From an uncultured Pseudomonadota bacterium (GTDB taxonomy: Bacteria > Pseudomonadota > Alphaproteobacteria > JACZXZ01): a stretch of DNA of 15,040 nt. Where the stretch lies: assembly GCA_963749075.1 (NCBI GenBank), contig CAVVLJ010000018.1, positions 1 through 15,040 of the forward strand, in the 5' to 3' direction. The notes below the pieces were generated by a model, which did no database searches, had not been told where the DNA came from, and saw nothing but the letters and a program-made list of their open reading frames with translations. This document shows positions 7,535-15,040 of the stretch, one piece after another. The stretch's first letter is position 1, and every line of letters begins with the position of its first letter. Made by a program: the position numbers and the translations under genes.

Positions 7535-8002
7535 TCAGCGCAGCAGGAGGATGGCCGGCGGGGTGCCCGCCGCGGCCTTGCGCCGCTCGGCGGCGAGGGC
7601 GATGACCCGCTCGGTCTCGCGCCACAGGCGGTAGGGTGCCAGCCGGTCGAGCGGCACCCAGGCGACTTCGGCGGCATCGTCGCCGGCCGTGGCCTCGCCG
7701 GCGCGCCACTCGGCGAGAAGGTCGACGAGCGTGTAATGGTATTTCACCCGGCCGTTCTCGTCGCGGTTGACCATGTCGACCACGGCGATCACCTCCTTGA
7801 CCTCGATCTCGATGCCGGTCTCCTCGCGCACCTCGCGGCGGGCCGCCTCGGCGACGCTCTCGCCGAGATTCTGAGCGCCGCCCGGGATGCTCCATTGCCC
7901 CTCGCGCGGCGGCTTGCCGCGCTTGATCAACAGCACCTCCTCGCCGCGAAAGACGAGCGCGCCGACGCCGGCGATGGGCCGCTCGGGATAGCTGCGCGTC
8001 AT
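7535..8002 (-). CDS. Nudix hydrolase (ADP-ribose pyrophosphatase / MutT-like)
   Basis: Nudix box GGAQNLGESVAEAARREVREETGI; N-terminal YPERPIAGVGA, VLLIKRGKPP..GQWSIPGG, AGDDA. Confidence 0.92.
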   Translation of the reverse strand: MTRSYPERPIAGVGALVFRGEEVLLIKRGKPPREGQWSIPGGAQNLGESVAEAARREVREETGIEIEVKEVIAVVDMVNRDENGRVKYHYTLVDLLAEWRAGEATAGDDAAEVAWVPLDRLAPYRLWRETERVIALAAERRKAAAGTPPAILLLR

Positions 8003-8094
8003 GAGCGGCATCATACGGCAGCGCCGCACCGCCCGCCAAGGAGTGCCCCCGGCGCGTGGCCTACACAGGGGCAAATGCATGGGCGAACCACGGC

Positions 8095-8544
8095 CTATGC
8101 CGCGCGTGCGCGCGTTCGGGCTTTCGGCAGATCGATGGCCAGCTCGGTATTCATCTTCGCCAGCGCCTCGTCGATGATCCACATCTGCGAGTGGTGGCGC
8201 AGGTCGAGCAGTCGGCGCACCGAGTTTTCCGGCATGCCGAGCTCATTCGCGAGCTTGAGCTTCGACCAGCCGCGGACGCGCATGGCCTCGTAAACGGCGA
8301 GCTTGGCGGTGACGAGCGAGGGCAGCACCGCGCGATTTCGCCCTGAATGCGCCGCACCTTGCCGCGGCAGCCGTCGACCGGCCTTCATGTAGCCTTCGAG
8401 TGCAGCGATCACGCAATCGACGGCGTTGGCGCGCGCCTCCTCTTCCGTCTCGCCCTCGGTCAGCGCCTCCGGAATGCGGGGAAAGCGCACGAGCCACCAC
8501 CCGTTTTGCTGCCGCTCCAGCCTGTAACGAAATCCCAAGGCCAT
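8095..8544 (-). CDS. hicB: HicB family antitoxin with C-terminal HTH
   Basis: LVRFPRIPEALTEGETEEEARANAVD (HicB fold), then AKLAVYEAM..KLKLANELG..SVRRLLDLRHHS (HTH). RBS GGAGG lies within the end of hicA. Confidence 0.88.
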   Translation of the reverse strand: MALGFRYRLERQQNGWWLVRFPRIPEALTEGETEEEARANAVDCVIAALEGYMKAGRRLPRQGAAHSGRNRAVLPSLVTAKLAVYEAMRVRGWSKLKLANELGMPENSVRRLLDLRHHSQMWIIDEALAKMNTELAIDLPKARTRARAA

Positions 8545-8546
8545 CT

Positions 8547-8765
8547 TCAATCCTCCAAGTCGCGCTTCGCCAGTCCGAGCTGCCGCAGCATCGCGGCGAG
8601 GAGACCGGGGCCGATATCCTTTTTCCGGTCCTTCAAGGTCGTGAAGCGATCGCCGTAGTAGAGCCGCCCATGGCTGCCTTTGCCCGGGGCAGAATCGAAC
8701 GACACGACGACACCGCGCTTGCGGCCGAGCCTCTTGATGAGCCGCTCAAACTCGTTGCCGGTCAT
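8547..8765 (-). CDS. hicA: HicA family mRNA interferase toxin
   Basis: Small basic 72-aa protein with catalytic GKGSH motif and DIGPGLLAAMLRQLGL, directly upstream of hicB. Confidence 0.88.
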   Translation of the reverse strand: MTGNEFERLIKRLGRKRGVVVSFDSAPGKGSHGRLYYGDRFTTLKDRKKDIGPGLLAAMLRQLGLAKRDLED

Positions 8766-8770
8766 GGGGG

Positions 8771-8799
8771 ACATTCGCACATATCTGTGCGAACAGCAA
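8771..8799 (-). promoter_or_regulatory. Putative hicAB promoter with palindromic operator
   Basis: Perfect inverted repeat TTCGCACA-TATC-TGTGCGAA (8774-8793) filling the spacer of minus-strand TTGCTG-N17-GAATGT. Confidence 0.6.
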
Positions 8800-8929
8800 G
8801 AACCGGAAAAGCCGGGCATGGAGCCACGATTTTTTGCATATCCTTATGGCGGTTTTTGCCCTTGCTGCGCTGCGTCTGCGCCTGCGCTAAGCTCGCGCTC
8901 CCTGTGGTTGGCGAAGGACGCGAGGGCGC

Positions 8930-10462
8930 ATGGCCGAGACTTTCATCCTCACCCCGGGCAGGCTCCGTCTCGCGGACTTGCGCGCGCTTTATGAGCACGA
9001 GCACCCTGTGGAGCTCGATAGAGGCGCCTTTGCCGCGATCGACGCCGCCGCGGCGACGGTGGCACGCCTCGTCGCCGAGGGCCGGCCGATCTACGGCGTC
9101 AATACCGGCTTCGGCCGGCTCTCGACCACGCACATTCCGGAGGACGAGCTCGCCGAGCTGCAGCGGCGCCTCTTGCTCTCCCACATGGCGGGCGTGGGCG
9201 AGGCGCTCCCGGACAAGGTCGTGCGCCTAGTCCTCGTGCTCAAGGCTGCGAGCCTCGCGCGCGGCTATTCCGGCTGCCGGCGCGAGCTGATCACGGCACT
9301 CCTGGCACTCGCCAATGCCGGCGTCTACCCGCGCGTGCCATCCCAGGGCTCGGTCGGCGCCTCGGGCGACCTCGCCCCCCTCGCCCATCTCTCGGGCGTC
9401 CTCATCGGGGTGGGCGAGGTGCGCCACCAAGGCGTGCTCTTGAGCGCGGGCGAGGGGCTGGTGCTAACCGGCTTGACGCCCATGACCCTGGCGCCCAAGG
9501 AGGGGCTCTCCCTCATCAACGGCACGCAGGTCTCGACCGCGCTCGCACTCGCCGGCCTCTTCGCCGCGGAGGACGGCTTTGCCGCGGCACTTGCGGCGGG
9601 GGCCTTGAGCATCGACGCCGGCCTCGCCTCGGACGCGCCCTTCGATCCGCGCATCCAGGCCGTGCGCGGCCAGCCGGGCCAGAGTGCGGTCGCTGCCGTG
9701 CTCGCGCGGCTCACCGCCGGCAGCGAAATCCGCCGCTCGCACCTCGTCGGCGACACGCGCGTCCAGGACCCGTACTCGCTCCGTTGCCAGCCGCAAGTGA
9801 TGGGTGCCGTCCTCGATCAGCTGCGCTACGCGGCCGCGGTGATCGAGCGGGAGGCGAATGCGGTCTCGGACAATCCCCTCGTTTTCGCGGAGAGCGGGGA
9901 CGTGCTCTCGGGCGGCAATTTCCACGCCGAGCCCGTGGCCCTCGCGGCGGACTCGATGGCGCTCGCCATCGCCGAGACGGGCGCCCTCTCCGAGCGCCGC
10001 ACCGCCCTTCTCGTCGATGCGAATTTCAGCGCCGGCCTGCCGCCCTTCCTCGTGCGCGAGGCCGGGCTCAATTCCGGCTTCATGATTCCGCAAGTGACCG
10101 CCGCGGCGCTGGTCAGCGAGAACAAGGCGCTCGCCGCTCCTTCGAGTATCGACAGCCTACCCACCTCGGCGGGCCAGGAGGACCACGTCAGCATGGCAAC
10201 CTACGCCGCGCGGCGTCTCATCGCCATGACCGAGAACTTGCGCCACATCGTCGCGATCGAGCTGCTTGCGGCGGCGCAAGGGGTCGAGCTGCGCGCGCCG
10301 CTCGCGACGAGCCCGGCGCTCGCGAAGGTGCTGGCCCTCTTGCGCACGCGCGCCGCCGCTTACGACGCCGACCGCGCGCACGCGCCCGATATCGCCGCCG
10401 TCGCCGAGCTCATCGCGAGCGGGGCGTTCCGGCGGCTGGTCGAGCTCCCCATTTGCGCTTGA
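8930..10462 (+). CDS. hutH: Histidine ammonia-lyase
   Basis: IYGVNTGFG, LLLSH (His specificity), MIO-forming GSVGASGDLAPLAH, KEGLSLINGTQ, VQDPYSLRCQPQV, SGGNFHAEPVA, QEDHVSM. Confidence 0.95.
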   Translation: MAETFILTPGRLRLADLRALYEHEHPVELDRGAFAAIDAAAATVARLVAEGRPIYGVNTGFGRLSTTHIPEDELAELQRRLLLSHMAGVGEALPDKVVRLVLVLKAASLARGYSGCRRELITALLALANAGVYPRVPSQGSVGASGDLAPLAHLSGVLIGVGEVRHQGVLLSAGEGLVLTGLTPMTLAPKEGLSLINGTQVSTALALAGLFAAEDGFAAALAAGALSIDAGLASDAPFDPRIQAVRGQPGQSAVAAVLARLTAGSEIRRSHLVGDTRVQDPYSLRCQPQVMGAVLDQLRYAAAVIEREANAVSDNPLVFAESGDVLSGGNFHAEPVALAADSMALAIAETGALSERRTALLVDANFSAGLPPFLVREAGLNSGFMIPQVTAAALVSENKALAAPSSIDSLPTSAGQEDHVSMATYAARRLIAMTENLRHIVAIELLAAAQGVELRAPLATSPALAKVLALLRTRAAAYDADRAHAPDIAAVAELIASGAFRRLVELPICA

Positions 10463-10528
10463 CCCGGGCCGCGGCCGCGGCGCTCTCTGGAGTCGGACGA
10501 TGGATTGCGAAAGAAGCGCGAGGGCGAC

Positions 10529-11515
10529 ATGAAGGTGGTCATCACGGGTGGGGCGGGCTTCATCGGGCGCATGCTGGCGGCGCGAATTCTCGCGCGCGGC
10601 AAGCTCACGGGGCCCTCGGGGACGCCGGCGCCGATCGACGAGCTGGTCCTTTTCGATGCGGTGCTGCCGCCGAGCCTGCCCGCCCCGCTCGCGGGCCACG
10701 TCAAAGCGGTGGCCGGCGACGTAGCCGACCCCATCGCGATCGAAGGCCTGATCGACCGCGACGATATCTCGGTCTTCCACCTCGCCTCGGTGGTGAGTGC
10801 GGGGGCCGAGCAGGACTTCGACCTCGCCATGCGCGTCAATCTCGACGGCGGCCGCAACGTTCTCGAGGCCTGCCGCAAGCGCAAATCCACACCTCGCCTC
10901 GTCTTCACCAGCTCGATCGCGGTCTTCGGCGCCCCCGGCATGGGCCCCCGGGTCGACGATCTCACCAAGGAGACGCCGCAGACGACCTACGGGGTCACCA
11001 AGGCGATCGGCGAGCTTCTGGTCAACGACTACACGCGCAAGGGCTTCCTCGACGGCCGCTCGGCGCGGCTGCCAACGGTAATCGTACGGCCGGGCAAGCC
11101 CAACAAGGCCGCCTCGAGCTTCGTGAGCGGCGTCATCCGCGAGCCGCTCAACGGCGAGCCGTGCCATTTGCCGGTCGGGCTCGACACCATCATGCCGGTG
11201 CTCGGCTATCGCTCGATCGTCGAGAACCTGATCCGGCTCCACGAGGCCGCGGGCGAGGCGATCGGCGCCGACCGCGCCGTGAGCTTTCCCAGCCTCGATG
11301 TCAGCTTGAGCGAGATGATCGCCGCCTTGAGGCGCACGGCTGCCGGGCGCAAGCTGGGGCCGATCGAGGTGAGGCCCGAGCCCGCGATCGCGCGCATCGT
11401 GGCCGGCTGGCCCACGGGCACCGGCTGGACCAAGGCGGCCGCCCTGGGCCTCACGGCCGAGCCGGACATCGATACCATCATCCGCGCCTATATCGAGGAT
11501 TTCCTGGGGAATTGA
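10529..11515 (+). CDS. denD: NAD-dependent epimerase/dehydratase family protein, D-erythronate dehydrogenase (DenD)-like
   Basis: ITGGAGFIG, FHLASVVSAGAEQDFDL..RVNLDG, VFTSSIAVFG, YGVTK (YxxxK), RLPTVIVRPGKPNKAASSFVSGVIREPL. Confidence 0.78.
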   Translation: MKVVITGGAGFIGRMLAARILARGKLTGPSGTPAPIDELVLFDAVLPPSLPAPLAGHVKAVAGDVADPIAIEGLIDRDDISVFHLASVVSAGAEQDFDLAMRVNLDGGRNVLEACRKRKSTPRLVFTSSIAVFGAPGMGPRVDDLTKETPQTTYGVTKAIGELLVNDYTRKGFLDGRSARLPTVIVRPGKPNKAASSFVSGVIREPLNGEPCHLPVGLDTIMPVLGYRSIVENLIRLHEAAGEAIGADRAVSFPSLDVSLSEMIAALRRTAAGRKLGPIEVRPEPAIARIVAGWPTGTGWTKAAALGLTAEPDIDTIIRAYIEDFLGN

Positions 11516-11551
11516 CGCGCGCACGCGGCGGCCGCCGGAGATCTGGATAGC

Positions 11552-11872
11552 ATGCTCGGCAATCTCTTTTCCTCGCTCCCAGAAGCCGGTGCCGAGGAGC
11601 GCTTCACGGTGCTCGCCGAGAGCGCTCATGTCCGCATCGAGCGCATCCTGTCGAGCGGCCAGTCGAGCCCGCCCGGCTTCTGGTACGACGAGGCGTGGAA
11701 CGAGTGGGTGGTCGTGCTGCAGGGCTCGGCGATCTTGCGCTTCGCCGACCAGGCCGAGCCGCTGGTGATGGGACCGGGCGACCACGTCGATATCGTCGCC
11801 CACCGCCGACACCGGGTCGAGGCGACCGCCGAGGGCACGCCCACCCTTTGGCTCGCGGTGCATTACCGCTGA
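11552..11872 (+). CDS. Small cupin domain protein
   Basis: VRIERILSSGQSSPPGFWYD..EWVVVLQG.A and PGDHVDIVAHRRHRVE..T.WLAVHY cupin motifs. Confidence 0.85.
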   Translation: MLGNLFSSLPEAGAEERFTVLAESAHVRIERILSSGQSSPPGFWYDEAWNEWVVVLQGSAILRFADQAEPLVMGPGDHVDIVAHRRHRVEATAEGTPTLWLAVHYR

Positions 11873-12036
11873 GCCGGCAGCGCCACGAGCCGGAATTCTA
11901 CGAGAATTTTACCCGGCCGTGAGCTGCGCTCGGGGTTCACGGCACCCATATTCTGTGGGAGAATTCGCCCCAAGACGCCGGACGGGGCTCTCGTTTCCCC
12001 CCAAAAAGGGACTCAGGCGGCCAAAGCGGGAAGGGT

Positions 12037-13134
12037 GTGACGCCCGTCACTCAAGCGACCAATCTGCCTTGTGAACCTCGGCTTGAGCTGAGCGCCGCCA
12101 TGGCGGCCTGCCGCGCCGCGACCCTGGCGCGCGCCGGCACGCTCGGCGACGAGGCCTTGCGCGCCCAGCCCGATCCGGCCTTCAGCCCGATCGGCTGGCA
12201 CATCGGCCACATCGCCTATACGGAGGCGCTCTGGCTCACGCCGGAAGCCGATCCCCATCCGGAATGGGAGCTCCTCTTCCGACAGGACGGCCTGCCCAAA
12301 AGGGCGCGGCGCAACCTGCCGTCCGCACCTCGGCTCGCGGAGTATCTCACCGCGGTGCGCGCCCGCGCGCTCGCGCGACTGGGGAGCGGACTGTGCGACG
12401 ACGAGCTTCCGATCTGGGGCTTCGTGCTCCAGCACGAGGCTCAGCACGCCGAGACCGTCTCGATCGTGCGCCGGCTTGCCTCGATCGACGGGCCACCGCC
12501 CGGCACCCTCGCGCCGGTGGAGGATGAGGCGCTCATAAGAGTGCCGGCGGGGCTTGCACGCCAAGGCTATGACGGGCCTGAGGCGCTCGACAATGAGCGG
12601 CCGGCCCGCGCGGTCGAGCTTCCCGCCTTTCGCCTCTCGCGCCGGCCGGTGAGCGAGCGGCAATACCTCCGCTTCATGGCGGCCGGCGGGTACAAGGAGC
12701 CGGCGTTCTGGTCGGAGGAGGGCTGGGCCTGGCGCTCCGCGAACGGGGTCGAGCGTCCGCTTTATTGGACGGGCGGCAACGCAGCGCTCCCGGTCCACGG
12801 CATCAGCGCCTATGAGGCCGAGGCCTATTGCCGCTTCATCGGCGCGCGGCTGCCGAGCGAGGCCGAATGGGAGCGCGCCCAGGTGCAGCACCCCGAATGC
12901 GGGTTCCTGGGCGAAGTCTGGCAGTGGACCGCAAGCGTCTTTGCCCCCTATGCGGGTTTTGCACCCTTCCCCTACCGAGGCTATTCAGCGGCCTACTTCG
13001 ACGGCCGCCACCGCGTGCTCAAGGGCGGGAGCTGGGCGACGCTGCCGCCGGCGCTGCGCCCGAGCTTCCGCAACTGGTATGCCCCCGACACACGGCAAAT
13101 TTTCGCAGGATTCCGCTATGCCATGGACTCCTAG
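12037..13134 (+). CDS. egtB: Ergothioneine biosynthesis sulfoxide synthase EgtB (DinB_2 plus FGE-sulfatase domains)
   Basis: SPIGWHIGHIAYTE and QHEAQHAE iron-binding motifs, DNERP, RLPSEAEWE, VWQWTAS, YRGYS, RVLKGGSW, SFRNWY, FAGFR; adjacent to egtD. GTG start is uncertain. Confidence 0.85.
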   Translation: MTPVTQATNLPCEPRLELSAAMAACRAATLARAGTLGDEALRAQPDPAFSPIGWHIGHIAYTEALWLTPEADPHPEWELLFRQDGLPKRARRNLPSAPRLAEYLTAVRARALARLGSGLCDDELPIWGFVLQHEAQHAETVSIVRRLASIDGPPPGTLAPVEDEALIRVPAGLARQGYDGPEALDNERPARAVELPAFRLSRRPVSERQYLRFMAAGGYKEPAFWSEEGWAWRSANGVERPLYWTGGNAALPVHGISAYEAEAYCRFIGARLPSEAEWERAQVQHPECGFLGEVWQWTASVFAPYAGFAPFPYRGYSAAYFDGRHRVLKGGSWATLPPALRPSFRNWYAPDTRQIFAGFRYAMDS

Positions 13135-14152
13135 ACCGCTGCCTCAGGCACCCTACGCGCGCAAGCGCGACCGTCTCGACTGGACCGTCGCGGCGGAGCC
13201 CGGAGCTGAGAGCGAGGACGGCGAGGAGATCCGCCGCGGCCTCACAGAAGCGCCCAAGCGCCTGCCGTGCCGCTTTTTCTACGACGAGCTCGGCTCGCAG
13301 CTCTTCGAGCGCATCTCGGCGCTCCCGGAGTACTACCTCACGCGCACCGAGCGAGCGCTCCTCGAGGATGTCGCGGGGAAGATCGCCGCGCGCACGGGTG
13401 CATGCGAGGTCGTCGAGCTCGGCAGCGGCAGCTCGTTCAAGACGCAGCACCTCCTCGATGCCTATGCGAGGCTGGACAAGGCACTCAGCTATGTGCCCAT
13501 CGACGTGAGCCCGTCCAGCCTCGAGCGGGGTGCTGCCCAGTTGCTCGCCCGCTATCCCGGGCTCGCGGTGCATGCGATCGTCGGCACTTACGAGGCGGGA
13601 CTGGCCCTCCTCGCAGCGTCGCGGCCGGGGGACGCACGCAACCCGCGTCTTCTCGTCTTCCTCGGCAGCACGATCGGCAATCTCACCGTGGCGGAGACGT
13701 TGCACTTCTTGCGCGCGGCGCGCGCAGCGCTTCGGCCCGGCGATTGGCTTCTCATCGGCACCGATCTCGAGAAGGACCCGCGCATCATCGATGCGGCCTA
13801 CAACGACAGCCAGGGTGTCACGGCCGCCTTCAACCTCAACATCCTGCGCCATATCAACCGCCGCTTCCGCGCCGATTTCGCCCTTGACCGCTTCGCCCAT
13901 CGCGCGTTCTACAATCGGGAGGAGCGGCAGATCGAGATGCATCTCGTGAGCCTCGCGGCGCAGGAGGTGAGGCTTTCAGCGCTGGACCTGATCGTGCGTC
14001 TCGCGCGCGAAGAGACCATCGAGACCGAGATCTCGCGCAAGTTCGATCTCACTGTCTTCGCCAAGACGCTCGCCGAGTGCCACTTCGAGCCGGCGGCGCA
14101 ATGGAGCGATCCGCGCAACTGGTTCGGCTTGAGTCTGGCGCGGGCCGCCTAA
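13118..14152 (+). CDS. egtD: L-histidine N-alpha-trimethyltransferase EgtD
   Basis: GL...PKRLPCRFFYDELGSQLFERI..LPEYYLTRTE, VELGSGSS.KT, YVPIDVS, FLGSTIGN, AAYNDSQGVTAAFNLN, IEMHL, TEISRKF. ATG 13118 overlaps the egtB end, with AGGA upstream. Confidence 0.93.
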   Translation: MPWTPRPLPQAPYARKRDRLDWTVAAEPGAESEDGEEIRRGLTEAPKRLPCRFFYDELGSQLFERISALPEYYLTRTERALLEDVAGKIAARTGACEVVELGSGSSFKTQHLLDAYARLDKALSYVPIDVSPSSLERGAAQLLARYPGLAVHAIVGTYEAGLALLAASRPGDARNPRLLVFLGSTIGNLTVAETLHFLRAARAALRPGDWLLIGTDLEKDPRIIDAAYNDSQGVTAAFNLNILRHINRRFRADFALDRFAHRAFYNREERQIEMHLVSLAAQEVRLSALDLIVRLAREETIETEISRKFDLTVFAKTLAECHFEPAAQWSDPRNWFGLSLARAA

Positions 14153-14162
14153 GGGGGGACGG

Positions 14163-14921
14163 GTGTTGCGTCTCAAGGACAAAGTCGCGATCGTGACCGG
14201 CGCGGGCTCGGGCTTCGGGGAGGGCATCGCGCGCCGCTTCGCGGCCGAAGGGGCCAAGGTCGTGTTGGCCGACATCAACGACCAGCAGGGCCGCCGCGTT
14301 ACGGAGGCTACCCTGAAAGCGGGCGGCGAGGCGCATTACGTCCATGCCGACGTCAGCATCGCGAGCGAGGTGGCGGCCATGGTGGGTGCTGCGGCGAAGC
14401 ACTTCGGCGGACTCGACATCCTCGTCAACAATGCGGGCGTGCCGCAACGGAACGGCCCCATGCTCGCGGTCGACGAGGCGACCTTCGACCGCATCTTCGC
14501 CGTCAATGTGAAGAGCATTTACCTCGCCGCCATCCATGCTGTACCGGCGCTCGAGCGGCGCGGGGGCGGAGCCATCATCAACACGGCTTCGACCGCGGGG
14601 CTGCGGCCGCGCCCGGGCCTCGTCTGGTACAACGGCAGCAAGGGTGCGGTGATCTCGCTCACCAAGGCGATGGCGATCGAGTTGGCAACCAAGAAGATCC
14701 GCGTCAATGCGCTCTGTCCGGTCGCCGGCGACACGCCGATGCTGGGCGACTTCATGGGGGGAGACACGCCCGAGAACCGCGCGCGCTTCATCGCCTCCAT
14801 ACCGCTCGGGCGTCTCAGCACGCCCGCCGACCTCGCCAACGCAGCCCTCTATCTGGCTTCCGACGAGGGCGCCTTCATCACCGGCGTGGCACTTGAAGTC
14901 GACGGCGGACGCTGCATTTGA
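14163..14921 (+). CDS. Classical short-chain dehydrogenase/reductase (FabG-like)
   Basis: TGAGSGFG, DILVNNAG, INTAS, YNGSK (YxxxK), IRVNALCP, IPLGR, EVDGG. Confidence 0.92.
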   Translation: MLRLKDKVAIVTGAGSGFGEGIARRFAAEGAKVVLADINDQQGRRVTEATLKAGGEAHYVHADVSIASEVAAMVGAAAKHFGGLDILVNNAGVPQRNGPMLAVDEATFDRIFAVNVKSIYLAAIHAVPALERRGGGAIINTASTAGLRPRPGLVWYNGSKGAVISLTKAMAIELATKKIRVNALCPVAGDTPMLGDFMGGDTPENRARFIASIPLGRLSTPADLANAALYLASDEGAFITGVALEVDGGRCI

Positions 14922-15040
14922 GGCGGCCCGGCGCCGTCTTTCTCCCGACATCGTCGCAGCGTTGGCCGGCCTCGCCTTGGCTCTCGTGGCGAGTGCACCT
15001 CTCGGCGCGCATGCCGAGGCGCAGCTCGTTCCCGCCTACT
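14893..15040 (+). CDS. Probable exported protein, 5' end only (truncated by window)
   Basis: Open frame from TTG 14893: …AARRRLSPDIVAALAGLALALVASAPLGAHA-EAQLVPAY, with basic residues, a hydrophobic core and an A-x-A cleavage motif. Start codon is uncertain. Confidence 0.45.
   Translation, partial: MKSTADAAFEAARRRLSPDIVAALAGLALALVASAPLGAHAEAQLVPAY

Noticed and set aside
8766-8929. HutC operator upstream of hutH
   Set aside because: No TGTA-N2-TACA-like site is visible; the only strong palindrome lies next to hicA.
8040-8930. hicAB as part of an IS, prophage or integrative element
   Set aside because: No transposase, integrase, tRNA target or recognisable flanking direct repeats are seen.
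8930-10462. hutH as an ergothionase or hercynine trimethylammonia lyase, given its proximity to egtBD
   Set aside because: It retains the MIO-forming Ala-Ser-Gly and canonical histidase motifs, whereas the known trimethylammonia lyases are MIO-independent.
12037-13134. egtB homologue as SenA (selenoneine) or OvoA (ovothiol)
   Set aside because: No senB glycosyltransferase or selD-like senC is adjacent, there is no fused C-terminal methyltransferase, and it is directly coupled to egtD.
19-14951. Many long alternative-frame and antisense ORFs (e.g. 19..807+, 1663..3126+, 4620..5924+, 9784..11550+, 10157..11863-, 14049..14951-)
   Set aside because: They overlap well-supported genes, are Arg/Ala/Pro/Gly-rich without family motifs, and are expected shadows of high-GC codon bias.

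Overview
High-GC bacterial chromosomal window, probably alphaproteobacterial (inferred from the SpeD N-terminal 'FKLGMDL' extension, promoter style, C-terminal AA tags and a palindromic intergenic element). Left to right: two oligopeptide ABC ATPase genes broken by many single-base indels that look like read or assembly errors, led by a DUF1028 gene (minus strand); an orphan speD-like gene whose pyruvoyl-forming Ser reads as Leu; an Asp/Glu-racemase (maleate isomerase) family gene convergent with dadA across a heptamer repeat; orphan phnN; a BoxC/RIME-like palindromic element; mlaC-like and Nudix genes; a hicAB toxin-antitoxin module with a palindromic operator; and a plus-strand run of hutH, a denD-like dehydrogenase, a cupin, egtB, egtD, an SDR and the start of a probable exported protein. 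No rRNA, tRNA, CRISPR array or transposase is visible. The most notable items are the SpeD catalytic-site change (possibly a GANTC-methylation basecalling artefact), the apparently cyanobacterial-type egtBD pair near an orphan hutH, and the structured egtB leader.
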